A stretch of DNA of 64,000 nucleotides. Source: Bryobacterales bacterium (lineage in GTDB: Bacteria > Acidobacteriota > Terriglobia > Bryobacterales > UBA6623). Location of the stretch: positions 352,001 to 416,000 of the forward strand of contig CAXXKD010000001.1 of assembly GCA_963422375.2 (NCBI GenBank). The letters are read 5' to 3'. Both the position numbers and the translations under genes were made by a program. Shown piece by piece: positions 24,277-35,239 of this stretch. Every line of letters begins with the position of its first letter. Within the stretch, counting starts at the first letter, position 1. A model generated the notes under the pieces. That model ran no database searches, was not told where the DNA came from, and saw nothing but the letters and a program-made list of their open reading frames with translations.

Positions 24277-25073
24277 GACTCGCGGCCTCCACTCTCGCGG
24301 CGGGGCTGGCGGCAGGCGGTGCCCTGCTCGCACAGCAGAGCGCGGAGAGCCTGTTCTCGGAGGCGAACGAGTACTTCCGGCAGGCGAACGAAGCGAGCGA
24401 GGCCGACCCGCAGCTGGCTGCCGATCTGTATCGCCGAGCCGCTCTGCGCTTCGAGAGCCTTGTCGGGGAGCGGGCGATTCGCAACAGCAAGCTCTACTAC
24501 AACCTCGGCAACGCCTACTTTCGCTTGGCCGACATCGGCCGTGCGATCCTCAGCTACCGGATCGCCCAGCGCCTCGACCCCGGCGATCCGGACGTCGAGC
24601 GGAACCTCGAGTACGCCCGCACGATACGGGCTGACAGATTCGACCCGCAAGAGCGCCGGCCGGTCCTCGAGACGCTCCTTTTCTGGCATTACGAATTCTC
24701 GCTCTCGATCCGGCTGCGGATCTTCGCGGCCGCGTGGCTGGCATTCTGGGGCCTGCTCCTGCTCAGGCGGGCGGGCAAGGATTGGGTGCCCCGCGAGATT
24801 GCCTTCGGCGCCGGGGCGGCGGCGGCGCTCTTGCTCGGATCGTACCTTTACGAAGCCGTTGCCGCCGAGCGCTCCCTCGCCGGTGTCGTCGTCGCTCTCG
24901 AAACGGTTGCGCGCCACGGCGACGGGCACAGCTACGACCCCGCTTTCGAGAATCCTCTGCACGCCGGTGTCGAGTTCCAAGTGCTGGAAGAGCGTCCGGG
25001 CTGGCACCGGGTGGAACTGCCGGACGGGCGTCGCTGCTGGCTGGCGGACGAGGACATCGAGCTGGTGCGGTAG
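24273..25073 (+). CDS. batE: BatE-like TPR + SH3 protein
   Basis: YYNLGNAYF...ERNLEYAR and C-terminal LHAGVEFQVLEERPGWHRVELPDGRRCWL. Confidence 0.85.
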   Translation: MRLAASTLAAGLAAGGALLAQQSAESLFSEANEYFRQANEASEADPQLAADLYRRAALRFESLVGERAIRNSKLYYNLGNAYFRLADIGRAILSYRIAQRLDPGDPDVERNLEYARTIRADRFDPQERRPVLETLLFWHYEFSLSIRLRIFAAAWLAFWGLLLLRRAGKDWVPREIAFGAGAAAALLLGSYLYEAVAAERSLAGVVVALETVARHGDGHSYDPAFENPLHAGVEFQVLEERPGWHRVELPDGRRCWLADEDIELVR

Positions 25074-25410
25074 GCCGAGGTTTGGTGCGCCGCTCGCAGA
25101 TTGCGACGCTGGTCACCTTCGGCACCGCTGCATGATAGGGAACGCCGGCCTCCGAGTGCTGTCGCCGCGCCTTGGCTTGTGGGGCACGACAGCTCGGGAG
25201 TTGAGCTCGGACGGCGAATGTCGCGGGGCTCGCGACGCAAGCGGGAAGACGAAGCGACTCGGCCGGAGGGTTGCAGCGGCTGCGACTGATTCCCACGCCT
25301 CCCGGCATGAGCGCAGGTCCAGGTGTTCCCATGCCAACGGGACGTCGGACAGCTCCGATTCAGGCCGGAACGGATTCAAACAGAGCTAGTGCCGCCCGCC
25401 AGATTCAATA

Positions 25411-26947
25411 GGGAATTATATATCTGAGTGCCGACAACGCCATGTCCGACTAGAACTGCTGTGAGCGGGGAGGTCGGCGTCGAGCTCGGGTCATTCGAGT
25501 GCGGCCGCGGTGGGCACGGAAGGGTGGGCACGGAAGGGTGGGCTCGTATTGGAATCGAACCTGCCAGCGGAATGGACGAGGCACGGATTGGAGAGGCCCC
25601 CTCGCATGCTCCGGTGGAACCCGGTTTGCGGTGGAGGGGCACCTCTTGCAAGCCGATTGCGTGCCCTCCGAGTGCCGAAGGCAGCGGATCCCCGGCGCTC
25701 GACGGTCTGCATCGACGGTCCGGGCCGGACTCGGGTCGAGCCGGGGGATTCCGGATCCGGTGCGCCCCTCGCACCGAGCGCGCACCGAGCGCGAAGAGAG
25801 CGCCCGGAGCGGGCCGCCGCGCTCGGCTCGGCGGGCGCCGCTCAGGCCGCGACCGCGGCCTGGCCGGTCAGCTGCCGGTAGGTCAGCGTCCGGCCGGCCA
25901 GGCCCCGCGCCATGCGCCGCATCCGTTCCGCCGTTGTTCCGCCGTGTCGCAGTCGCGGTCGTTGTAACGTCCCGCGAACTCCGTGAGGTAGCGGCCGAGA
26001 TGACGGACGCTCATCCGGTGATAGGTTCCGTACAGGCCGCGCTTGAACAGGGACCAAAACGATTCGATGCCGTTCGTATGCGCCGCCCCGCGCACGTACT
26101 CGCCGCCGGAGTGCCTGACGGCTTCGTGCGCGAACTCCGCCATGCCGGCGCAGGCCGCCGCCTCGTCGGAGCGGACCTGCGCCCCCGGCGCGACGCGGGC
26201 GCGCACGAAGCCCTGCAGGTCGCCCTTGGCGGTGCCCGGCAGCGGCCGCGCGGCCGCTGCGTTCGTGGCGCGGTCCCGCGCCCCCGCCACCGGGGTCTTG
26301 CCGACGGGCCCGCGCCCGGCGCGGGCCTTCTTCCTCTCGTGCTTATTGCGTTCCTTGCCGCCGACGTAGGTCTCGTCCACCTCCGCCGGGCCGGCGAACA
26401 GGCCCTGATCGCGCTCCCGGCACGCGCGGATGCGGTGCGCGAGGTGCCAGGCCGACTTCCGGCTGACGCCTAGGTCGCGGTGCAGCTTCATGCTCGAGAC
26501 GCCCTTGATGCCGGTAGTCAGCAGGAACAGGGCGACGGCCCGGGTGCGGTAGCCGAGCTCGGTGTCGGCCGTCACGCTGCCGGTGCGCACCGAAAAGCGC
26601 TTGCCGCAGCCGCGGCAACGGTACGGCATCGAAGGGTGGGCCGCGCCGGACTGCACGCTGGAGCGGCGGCAGTGGGGGCACGCGGGACCGTCCGGCCAGC
26701 GCATGGAGGCGAACCACTTTTCCGCGGATTCGTCATCGGGGAACATGGCGATCACTTCAATCAGAGTGATGCCTTTACGAAACCACTTCCCGGGGCCTTT
26801 CTGCTTCATAGACGACCTCATATATTGGAACTATTCTATCAAAATACTCCACCAAATGTCAACAGATTTCCGGAAGAAATATGAAATTAATTTATGGACT
26901 GATAATTTGCAAAATCGGTTGACTCAGCACTCAGATATATAATTCCC
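25411..26947 (-). mobile_element. IS1595 family, ISNwi1-like subgroup (copy A)
   Basis: Terminal inverted repeats GGGAATTATATATCTGAGTGC at both ends; flanks differ (ATTCAATA vs TATCAAAA), so no target duplication. Confidence 0.92.
25842..26821 (-). pseudogene. IS1595 transposase, C-terminal frameshift
   Basis: Zn ribbon CPHC/CRGC, EVDETY, HTNGIESFW; a short tandem duplication near 25924-25945 shifts the frame. Confidence 0.88.
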
Positions 26948-27226
26948 TATCAAAAAAATCAAGGTGTTCCCAAGAACGCCAAAGTTGCATTCATGTGGAT
27001 GCACAGGGCCGTACAGCAGGGGCTCGCCATAGCGCAGAATCATCTCGCGTTCATGTATTTCAGCGGTCAGGGAGTAGCCGAAGACTACACCTTCGCCTTG
27101 GCTTGGTGGAACTTCGCTTCCGCAAAGGGCAACGAGCAAGCAAGATTCGCCAAGGAGGCCCTTCGCAAGATCATGACTGCCGCGCAGATCGCGGAGGCTC
27201 AAGTACTGAGTCGTGAGCTAGAGTAG
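26948..27226 (+). pseudogene. Sel1-like repeat protein, 3' fragment truncated by the IS
   Basis: In frame from the IS end: YQKNQGVPKNAKVAFMWMHRAVQQGLAIAQNHLAFMYFSGQGVAEDYTFALAWWNFA...MTAAQIAEAQ. Confidence 0.85.
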
Positions 27227-27260
27227 CGGGGAGAGTTGGAATAGCCCGCATTCCCGTGGC

Positions 27261-28490
27261 TCACGGCTGCGACGTCCTTCCGGCCGGTGTGGGATTCGAG
27301 TCGGGCGTTCCGAGCAGGATTCGCTGGTCCTTCTCCCGCCGTTGCGACTGCAGCCGCCGATACTCGGTTAGCTGCTGCTTCTGAGCGGCCGAGTTGCCGG
27401 TCGCGCGGTGGGCGCGGGCCAGCTGGTAGCGCGAGCCGGGGTCCGTCGGATTCTGTTCGACAGCCTGCTCGAGATGGCCGGTCGCCTCGGCGGGGCGGTC
27501 CATGTCCAGCAGCAGCCTCCCCAGCGCCAGCCTGGCCTCGGTCAGACCGGGGCGCAGGCGCACGGCGCGCTGCAAGTAGCCGAGAGCTGTCTCGTATTCC
27601 GTCTTCGCGTAGTGGATCGCGCCGGCGCGGTGGGCGGCCGCAGCGTGCGTCGGGTTCGTCGACAGCTCCAGCTCGAATTGTTCCAAGGCGTCGTCCGCGC
27701 CGGCGGGGGCGTCGGCCAGCGCCAGCATCGCCTCGCCGAGCCGGAACCGCAGCCCGGGCCGCCTGGGATCCTTTGCCAGCGCCTTGCTGTATTCCATGAC
27801 GGCTAGGTCGTAGTACTGGCGGCTCTCGTACGATTCGCCCATCGCCTGATGCCCCCAAACGGACTCCGGGGCCACCCGTGCGAGGTCGAAAGCTGCCTTG
27901 ACGGCCACCTCGCGATAGGTGCGGTTCGCGTGAAAGAGGATCTCCGGATCGTCGGGATGTGCGATCTGCAGCTCGGCCGTCACCTTCGCGGCCTGCGCAT
28001 GCTTGTGCAGGCCGAGATAGCTCCGAATAAGCTCGAGACCCGCAAGCCGCTTCACGCCCTCGTGGTCCGGCGGGTCCGCGTAGCCTTCCTCGAGCTCCGG
28101 CAGCGCCTCGCGGAAACGGCCCAGCTCGGAAAGGCAGATGGCCAGCAGCACCCGCGCCGCCTTCAGGGCCGGGCGCAGCTCCAGCGCCCTCTGGAAGGAC
28201 GGGGCGGAGCGGTCGCACTGGCGGTCGAAGAAGTAACTCAGTCCGATCTTCGCATGCAGCTCCGCGCTGTCGGTGAGGGACCGGGCCAGCAGCGAGTATC
28301 GTTCCGCGGCCGCCTCGTAGCGCTGCTCGGCGAAGGCCTGCTCGGCGGCGCGGAACTGGCTCAGCTGCTCGTCGCTGAGGGTGGGCTGCGCTAGCGCCGC
28401 CCACGCGGATGCGGCAACGAAAAGGCCTCGGGCTCCCAGCGGGAGCCCGAGGCGTCGCCCGAGTGCTGCGAATTGCCTGCCGCCGGTCAA
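27261..28490 (-). CDS. Secreted TPR protein
   Basis: Signal-like N-terminus and multiple TPRs (ARLALGRLL, RYQLARAHRATGN); overlaps the TonB receptor stop by 4 bp. Confidence 0.85.
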   Translation of the reverse strand: MTGGRQFAALGRRLGLPLGARGLFVAASAWAALAQPTLSDEQLSQFRAAEQAFAEQRYEAAAERYSLLARSLTDSAELHAKIGLSYFFDRQCDRSAPSFQRALELRPALKAARVLLAICLSELGRFREALPELEEGYADPPDHEGVKRLAGLELIRSYLGLHKHAQAAKVTAELQIAHPDDPEILFHANRTYREVAVKAAFDLARVAPESVWGHQAMGESYESRQYYDLAVMEYSKALAKDPRRPGLRFRLGEAMLALADAPAGADDALEQFELELSTNPTHAAAAHRAGAIHYAKTEYETALGYLQRAVRLRPGLTEARLALGRLLLDMDRPAEATGHLEQAVEQNPTDPGSRYQLARAHRATGNSAAQKQQLTEYRRLQSQRREKDQRILLGTPDSNPTPAGRTSQP

Positions 28491-31400
28491 AACTCGAATC
28501 GCAGCGAGGCCTGCATCACACGCGGACCGCGCGCCGAAGTGACGCGACCGAAGTTGCCGTTGATTTGCGCTCCTGACGCGTCGAACCGCGCTGAGTTATC
28601 GACGCCGCTGTACTGCGTGTGATTGAACATGTTGTAGGCCTCCATCGCGATCCGGAAGCGCGTTCGCTCGGTGACCGGGAAGTGCTTGTAGACCGTGATG
28701 TCCCAGCTGTTCAGCCCGGGTCCCCTGAAGACGTCGCGCGGCGCGTTGCCGAAGTCCCCGAAGCCCGGGCCGGCCACGGACTCGGTGTTAAACCAGCGGT
28801 CGAACGACTTGTTGGAGATGATTGGGTTGGCCAACATGTTCGCCCTCGGGGAGTCGCCTCCGCCCCAGCGGTCCACCCCGTCGGTGTAGCTGAACCCTAC
28901 GCCGCTCGGGAAGCCGCTGGCCATGGTGATAATGCCTGCGATCTCCCAGTCGTGGAAGACGGCCCGCCCGGCAGCGCTATTCGCGAACGCGTTCGCGTTG
29001 GGTACGGTCCACAGGTAGTTCAGGACCAGCATGTGGGTCTGGTCGAAGTCCAGCTTGCCGTAGAGGTACTCCCGTGCTCCTCGGAACTGGGGCAGCGAGT
29101 CCCTGTCGTGGTCGCCGAGGCCCATGGACTTCGACCAGGTGTAGGCCACGCCGTACTGGAAGTTGGACGTGTAGCGGCGATTCAGGCTAACCTGCAACGC
29201 GTTGTAGTTCGAATAGCTGGAATTCTCTTGGTAGTTGATCCCTTGGTAGCCGCGGAAAGGCCGCAGGAACGCAATCGGCAGCACGCCGCCCGTCGTTGGA
29301 TCCTTGCTGGTGTCGAGGAAGCGAGTCCCGGGCGCCAGCGAGTTGATCTCGCGCGCCGCGTACAGCCGCCTGCCGCTGTTGCCGACGTAGCTCACGTCGA
29401 GCACGGTCCCGCCTCCTATGTCCTGCTGCACGCCGAAGCTCCACTGGTAGACCAGCGGCGGCTTGAATTCTGGCTGGAAGGCCTTGACGCTCGGAGGGAA
29501 CAGCGCCTGCCCCGCGTTGAGAAACGTATCCATGTTCCCGAAGTAGATGTTCGGCGACTCGAGGATCGGCGGGGAGGTGGTGACGGTCCACATCGAGCCC
29601 TGCGCTCCCATGATTGCCTGGGACTGCACTGCGAGGGACGCGCGGACAGCCGTCTTGCCCTTTCCGAACGGGTCGTAGGCGAAGCCGAGGCGCGGCTGGG
29701 GCTGGATGGCAGGGCGCTCGCGGTACCCGTGGAGGTAGTCGTCCTCGCCGTCGCCGATGATCAGTCCGTTCAGGCGCTCGCCCTGGCCGGGAATCGTCGC
29801 TCCGATGTACGGCGTCGGGAACAGCTTGCGGGTGAACGGGTCGATCGCCACGCGGTTGCCGCCGGTGTCTCGGTACGGGAAGTACATGAAGGGCGCCGTG
29901 CCGGGCTGGTAGCGGCTGACGGCGAACGCCGAGCCTTCGTTCTCGCGCAGCCTCCATGGCGTGAACGAGGAGAACCGGATGCCGACATCGAGCGTGAGCT
30001 TGGGAGTCACTTTCCATGTGTCTTGGGCGAACCATTCGATGGAGTACGACCTCGCCAGCCCCTCGGTCTGCCCGCTCGACTCCGCGTACGAGTAGAAGTC
30101 ACCCATCAGGGCGGTCGCGAACGGGTGATTCGAATCGTACGGATTCAAGTTGCTGCGCCGGAAGTCGTAGGTGCCCATGTGACCCGGGTCGCTGGACCTC
30201 GGCCCCTCGCTGGCGTCGTTCAGCTCGTAGTAGAAGCCGAACTTGATGGTGTGGTCTCCCTTGAACCAGCTGATGTTGTTCGACAGCACCACGCGCTCGT
30301 CGTGCGCCGCGATCGGCGTGCGACGGTCGTAGTCGACCTGCGGCCCGTTCGGAATGCCGCCGAAGGACATGCGCGGCACTAGGTTCAGCGGGTTCGCAGA
30401 CGGGAAGAGCTGGCCGAGTTCGGACAGGCCGGGATAGTTGTCCTTGCGCAGGTCTTCGAGCTGGAAGTCGTCGTTCAGCGCGCCGGACTCGCGGCTCAGG
30501 CCGAGGCCGAGGCGGAATTCGTTCACCAGCGTCGGCGACAGCGTCTTGTTGTAGATGCCCTGCAGGTTCTTGTTGATGTACTCGTAGTGGTGGGCCTGCT
30601 TGAAGATGCTGTCGTTGAAGGCGTTGAACGCGACGGACTCGCGCTGGGCCTGGATGTCGGCGTTCCAGAATCGCGGGCGGAAGGTGATGCGGTCGTTCGG
30701 CGTCGGCACGTAGTCGACCTTGAACTGCCACTGGCCCTTCGGGTGCGCCGACGGAGATAGCTCGGTGTAGTTGATGCCTTGCGAGGAGTAGAGACCCTGG
30801 TCCGTGGGATTCGGCATGAAGTTCAGGATCCCCTGTCCGGCGGCATGGATCCGCTGGGGCGGGATCTTGTTGTTCGGGAAGGGGTTGCCGGTCATGTGGT
30901 CGACGACCGCGATCAAGGCGCCGTCTTGCTCGACCGATTGGGAGAAGTCGCCCTGCCGCTCCAGCGAGGTGGGCACCGTGGCCTTGTGGCGGCGGCTGGG
31001 CTTCTGGATTCTCCAGTCCTCCCGGCTGACGAAGAAGAACGCCTTGTCCTTCTTGATGGGGCCGCCGAGCACTCCTCCGAAGGTGTCGAAGCGGTACGGG
31101 GGCTTGTCGGCGCCGTAGCGGTTGTTGTCGAACGAGTTCGCGTTGAGCGCCTCGTTGCGCTTGAACCAGTAGCCGGACCCGTGAAATTCGTTCGTCCCCG
31201 ACTTGGAGATGATGTTGACCTGCGCGCCCGGGACGCGGCCGTACTCGGCTTGGTACGCGGTTGACTTGACGCTCACCTCTTGGATGGCGTCCATGCTGAC
31301 CGACACGTGGAACGTGGTGGTGTCGTCGATGTCGTTGCCCGGCATGCCGTCCAGCATGAAGTTGTTCCAGCCGTTGCGCGCTCCCGAGAAGTTGGGCGTG

Positions 31401-31933
31401 CGAGAGCCCCAGTTCCCGCCCAGGGCGTCGCTGTTGGCGACTTGGGCAACGCCGGGAAGCACGGTCAGCAGGGCCACGATGTCGCGCCCGCGCTGCATCA
31501 GCCCGTCCATCTGGTTGCTCGTCAGCAGGGCGTTGACGCCTGCGGTGTCGGTTTCCACCGCGGCGCCCTCGGCCTCGACCGTGACCGTCTCGGTGACCGC
31601 GCCGATGGAGAGCTGGATGGTGCCGAGCGCGAGCGCCTGGTCCGCGCTGATGATGATGCCCGTCTGCTCGTAGGACTGGAATCCCTCGGACTGCACGCTG
31701 ATCGAGTAGGTGGCCGGCGGAAGCGCCGGCACCACGAAGTTGCCTGCCTCGTTCGATTGGACAGATCTCTGCTCGGATGTGCCGGTATTGGTGACAGTGA
31801 CGTCGGCGGCGACGATCACCTGTCCGGTCGGGTCCGCGACAGTGCCCGACAAGCGGCCCGACACCTGGGCCCAGCCGTTGCCCGCGACGAGCAGTAGGCC
31901 TAGCACGGTGAGGGCCGAGAATCGCAAGTTCAT
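28487..31933 (-). CDS. Oar-like TonB-dependent receptor (intact)
   Basis: Signal peptide, carboxypeptidase-regulatory domain, KSGTNEFHGS, terminal PRVMQASLRFEF; RBS GGAGG. Confidence 0.95.
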   Translation of the reverse strand: MNLRFSALTVLGLLLVAGNGWAQVSGRLSGTVADPTGQVIVAADVTVTNTGTSEQRSVQSNEAGNFVVPALPPATYSISVQSEGFQSYEQTGIIISADQALALGTIQLSIGAVTETVTVEAEGAAVETDTAGVNALLTSNQMDGLMQRGRDIVALLTVLPGVAQVANSDALGGNWGSRTPNFSGARNGWNNFMLDGMPGNDIDDTTTFHVSVSMDAIQEVSVKSTAYQAEYGRVPGAQVNIISKSGTNEFHGSGYWFKRNEALNANSFDNNRYGADKPPYRFDTFGGVLGGPIKKDKAFFFVSREDWRIQKPSRRHKATVPTSLERQGDFSQSVEQDGALIAVVDHMTGNPFPNNKIPPQRIHAAGQGILNFMPNPTDQGLYSSQGINYTELSPSAHPKGQWQFKVDYVPTPNDRITFRPRFWNADIQAQRESVAFNAFNDSIFKQAHHYEYINKNLQGIYNKTLSPTLVNEFRLGLGLSRESGALNDDFQLEDLRKDNYPGLSELGQLFPSANPLNLVPRMSFGGIPNGPQVDYDRRTPIAAHDERVVLSNNISWFKGDHTIKFGFYYELNDASEGPRSSDPGHMGTYDFRRSNLNPYDSNHPFATALMGDFYSYAESSGQTEGLARSYSIEWFAQDTWKVTPKLTLDVGIRFSSFTPWRLRENEGSAFAVSRYQPGTAPFMYFPYRDTGGNRVAIDPFTRKLFPTPYIGATIPGQGERLNGLIIGDGEDDYLHGYRERPAIQPQPRLGFAYDPFGKGKTAVRASLAVQSQAIMGAQGSMWTVTTSPPILESPNIYFGNMDTFLNAGQALFPPSVKAFQPEFKPPLVYQWSFGVQQDIGGGTVLDVSYVGNSGRRLYAAREINSLAPGTRFLDTSKDPTTGGVLPIAFLRPFRGYQGINYQENSSYSNYNALQVSLNRRYTSNFQYGVAYTWSKSMGLGDHDRDSLPQFRGAREYLYGKLDFDQTHMLVLNYLWTVPNANAFANSAAGRAVFHDWEIAGIITMASGFPSGVGFSYTDGVDRWGGGDSPRANMLANPIISNKSFDRWFNTESVAGPGFGDFGNAPRDVFRGPGLNSWDITVYKHFPVTERTRFRIAMEAYNMFNHTQYSGVDNSARFDASGAQINGNFGRVTSARGPRVMQASLRFEF

Positions 31934-32145
31934 GATTTCCTCCCAGCAGGGATCCCTGCTGACGGTTCCGTGGAATGGCTCGTTCGTGCCCCCGGAGAAC
32001 TGATGGGGAACGGAACCCGATGAACTTGCCCTACTGCTCTACCGCAGCCCCCGGTACCCGCCATCCGAGATGCCGAGAGCAGCGGTGCATCAATGCGTCC
32101 CTCCGGCAGTGGCTGTCGGCCACCTACGCCATGCTGAGCGCCTAT

Positions 32146-32174
32146 ACCCTACACACTGCCTCGAGCCCTGTCAA
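32146..32174 (-). promoter_or_regulatory. Sigma70-like promoter for the TonB receptor, implying a ~200-nt leader
   Basis: TTGACA-N17-TAGGGT. Confidence 0.5.
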
Positions 32175-32523
32175 GCGTCCGGCCCGCGCGGCCATGCGCG
32201 AGTGCAACCTCATGCGGAGGCTTCGGCCCGGAGCGCCGGGCAGGCCGCCGGGAGCAGGTACGCGCCTCGTTCCCGCGACCCCACGCTCCTCGAAGCGCTG
32301 GTGGTCGGAGGCACGATACCGGCCTGCGGATCCGAAGACGGCCGCGGGGGCGTCTCGGTGCCGAGCATGGTTCGCTTCCAGCCGGCGGCTCGGTCTTGCG
32401 ACGGCTGCTGCGGCAGGAATTGCCGGAGTTGTCGCTCGGGAGCCGATGATTCTAGTTTGGCTGCCGCATCATTGCCGCAGGATTGCGCGGGGCGAGGGGC
32501 CTCGCCATAATGGGGCGACTCAT

Positions 32524-34113
32524 ATGCAGGTTCTTAGCACGCTCTTCGTGGCCTTGCTCGCGGCGGCCGCGCCCTGTGCCGCCGGGGACTGGCCGACATT
32601 CGGATACGACGCTCGGAGGAGCGGCTGGGCACGGTCCGAGGTGACCCTCAACCGGGAGAACGCCGGGGACTTGGTTCTGAAGTGGAAGACGAAGGTCAAG
32701 AACGAGCCCAAGTCCCTCGCGTCGCTGACGGCGCCGATCGTCGTCACGGACGTCCGTACCGGGGAAGGGCGCGGGGCCAAGCAGGACTTGGTCTACGTCG
32801 CGGGCACCGGCGACGTCTTCTATGCGATCGACGCTTCCAGCGGCGAGATCGTTTGGGAGAAGCAGTTCAGGACCGACGTGCAGAACAAGGTTCCGGGCAT
32901 GTGGCTCTGCCCAAAGGGGCTCAACGCGACGCCCACGGTCGATCTGGCGAAGAACACGATCTACGTGATCTCGACGGACGGCCGCCTCTACGCTCTCGAT
33001 CTCGGCACCGGCAAGGAGAAGTACCGCTCCCAGCAGTGGGTTCCGGCCTTCGCCAAGGCTTGGAGCCTGAATCGCATCGGCGACGTGCTGTATACGACCA
33101 TCTCCCAGCAGTGCGGGGACGCAGTCTCGGGTGTCACGTCGATTGACGTGTCGAACCCCGAGAACATCGTGATCCGCGTGTGGCGGGCGACGCCGGAGTA
33201 CGGGGCGGGAGTGTGGGGCCGCGCCGGCGTGGCCATCGGGCGGGACGGAGGCATCTACGCGGGAACCGGGGACGCGCCGTACAACCCCGGCCGGCGGATC
33301 TTCGGCAACACCATGTTCCGGCTGGACCCCGACACCTTGGAACTCGTCGACTACTACACCCCGGCGAACTGGGAGTACGTCTGGAAGCGCGATTTCGACA
33401 TTACGGCTTCGGCCTTGGTCGTGGATTACAAGGGCAGGGAGCTGGTCGTCATCGGCGGCAAGGAAGGCGTGCTCTACCTGATGGACGCCGAGAACATGGG
33501 CGGCCTGACCCATCACGACAACCTCTACACCACGCCCCTGCTGTCGAACGACGACGAATGGTTCGAGGCCAAGGGCCTCTGGGGAGGCTTCTCGAGCTAC
33601 GTGGACGACCGCGACCGGGTCTGGATCTACGTGCCGACGTGGGGCCCGGTGTCGACGCGGGCCCCCGAATTCCCGATCGATAACGGGCCGAACCCGAACG
33701 GCTCGGTCATGGCCTTCACGCTGGCGGACCGACCCGGAACCGGCGAGCCGTACCTCAAGGCCGAGTGGGTCAGCGGCGATTTCGCCGTGCCCGAACCGGT
33801 GGCTATCGCCAACGACGTGGTCTTCGCGCTCTCGAACGGGGAGAACGCGAGGCAGACGGTGAATGCCGGAATATTCCCGTTCGGGGATTTCGATTCCGAG
33901 GAGCTGCTGGAGGACACCCAGCGGACCGAGTACGACGACTCGGCCAGGCTGCGGGCGCTGGACGCCCAGACCGGAGAGCTACTGTTCGACTCGGGTCCCG
34001 ACGCCATCGAAACATGGAGCCATTTCACGGGGATCGCAGTCGCCGACGGCCAGGTGTACGCGGTCGACTTCTCGGCGACCGTCTACTGCTTCGGTCTCCC
34101 CGAAGCCGAATGA
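32524..34113 (+). CDS. PQQ-binding-like beta-propeller protein
   Basis: Signal peptide from ATG 32524, DWPTFGYDARRSGW, YAIDASSGEIVW, DGRLYALD and LRALDAQTGELL. Confidence 0.85.
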   Translation: MQVLSTLFVALLAAAAPCAAGDWPTFGYDARRSGWARSEVTLNRENAGDLVLKWKTKVKNEPKSLASLTAPIVVTDVRTGEGRGAKQDLVYVAGTGDVFYAIDASSGEIVWEKQFRTDVQNKVPGMWLCPKGLNATPTVDLAKNTIYVISTDGRLYALDLGTGKEKYRSQQWVPAFAKAWSLNRIGDVLYTTISQQCGDAVSGVTSIDVSNPENIVIRVWRATPEYGAGVWGRAGVAIGRDGGIYAGTGDAPYNPGRRIFGNTMFRLDPDTLELVDYYTPANWEYVWKRDFDITASALVVDYKGRELVVIGGKEGVLYLMDAENMGGLTHHDNLYTTPLLSNDDEWFEAKGLWGGFSSYVDDRDRVWIYVPTWGPVSTRAPEFPIDNGPNPNGSVMAFTLADRPGTGEPYLKAEWVSGDFAVPEPVAIANDVVFALSNGENARQTVNAGIFPFGDFDSEELLEDTQRTEYDDSARLRALDAQTGELLFDSGPDAIETWSHFTGIAVADGQVYAVDFSATVYCFGLPEAE

Positions 34114-35126
34114 GGCGTGAGGTCGCCGCCGCTGAAGGTCTCCGTCTGCGAGCGCGAGCGTAGTTCCCGGAACCTTCGCAGCGCGCTGGCGGCGTCGCGA
34201 TGCTTGCCGGAGCGACGGTAGACGCGGGCCAGCGCGTAGTGCGGCCGGTGGTCGCTCGGCGCCGCGGCGGCGGCCCTGCCGAGGGATCGGATCGCGTCGT
34301 CGAAGGCGGACTTTCTCTCCAGCAGCAGGCCGAGCCAGTAGTGAGCCTGGCCTCGCTCGTCATACCTCAGGGACTCGCGCAGGAGTGCCTCGGCCCGCTC
34401 CAGCCGGGATTGGCGGTATAGCATGGACCCGAGCAGCAGAGGCGGTACGCCCGACGGTGCCTCGCCCGCCCGGTTGAGTTCCACGGCTTTCTCGTAGTGC
34501 GCGGCGGCCCGCCAGGCGTTCCCCAGCGCCTCGTGGCTGCGGCCGAGAAAGCTCCGGCTGTCCGCCGACCCGGAGTCCAGCTCGCACGCCCTCGCGAATG
34601 ACGCCGCGGCCCGCTCGAAGCGCTTTGTCGTGTAGGCGTTCAGGCCGAGGTAGTAGTGGGCCATCGCGTCCTCGGGAGCGAGCTTGGCCGCGATCTCGAA
34701 GAACGTCTCGGCCAGATCCTCCCTTCCGAGCCGGACCAAGCACAGTCCGAGCGCCTTGCTGGTGTCCGGATCCCCTTGGTCGCGGCTGAAGCTGCGGTTC
34801 AGGTCGGCCAGGGCGCTTTCGTAGCGGCCTTGGCCGTACAAGATCATTCCGCGCAGCAGGAGATCGCGAGCTGTCTCCCCTTGGGACTCGATGCGCTCTT
34901 GCAGGGCGGCCGCGGCCTCCGCGAGCAGGCCTCGGTCGATCATGCGCTCGACATTCCGGTCCGGTTCGGCGGCGGCCTGGCTGCCCGCGACCGCCGCGGG
35001 CGGTGCCGCCCAAGCCGCCAGCAGCCCCAGCGCGGCGAGAGCGGCCCAGCTGCGTGGCACGGCCTTGGGGAAGCGGGCGCGAGACCGCCGCGGCCGAACG
35101 CTTCCCTCGGGTGCGGTCCGGCCCAT
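34083..35126 (-). CDS. TPR protein
   Basis: TPRs ([24 protein letters not shown]); start uncertain. Confidence 0.8.
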   Translation of the reverse strand: MGRTAPEGSVRPRRSRARFPKAVPRSWAALAALGLLAAWAAPPAAVAGSQAAAEPDRNVERMIDRGLLAEAAAALQERIESQGETARDLLLRGMILYGQGRYESALADLNRSFSRDQGDPDTSKALGLCLVRLGREDLAETFFEIAAKLAPEDAMAHYYLGLNAYTTKRFERAAASFARACELDSGSADSRSFLGRSHEALGNAWRAAAHYEKAVELNRAGEAPSGVPPLLLGSMLYRQSRLERAEALLRESLRYDERGQAHYWLGLLLERKSAFDDAIRSLGRAAAAAPSDHRPHYALARVYRRSGKHRDAASALRRFRELRSRSQTETFSGGDLTPHSASGRPKQ

Positions 35127-35239
35127 GAGTCGCCGCGCCGGCCTACGCCGGCTCCCGCGCCGATCGCTCGGGCAGCCGAGTGCCGCCGCGCCCTCCGGTC
35201 ATTGCAGCCTCCGCGGCGCGGCTCGCTCCGGATCCCGGG

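Noticed and set aside
32095..32125. Cobalamin riboswitch (AGCCACTG...GGGA on the minus strand)
   Set aside because: The other conserved elements (GGGAA, CGGTG, AATCC) are not arranged as required.
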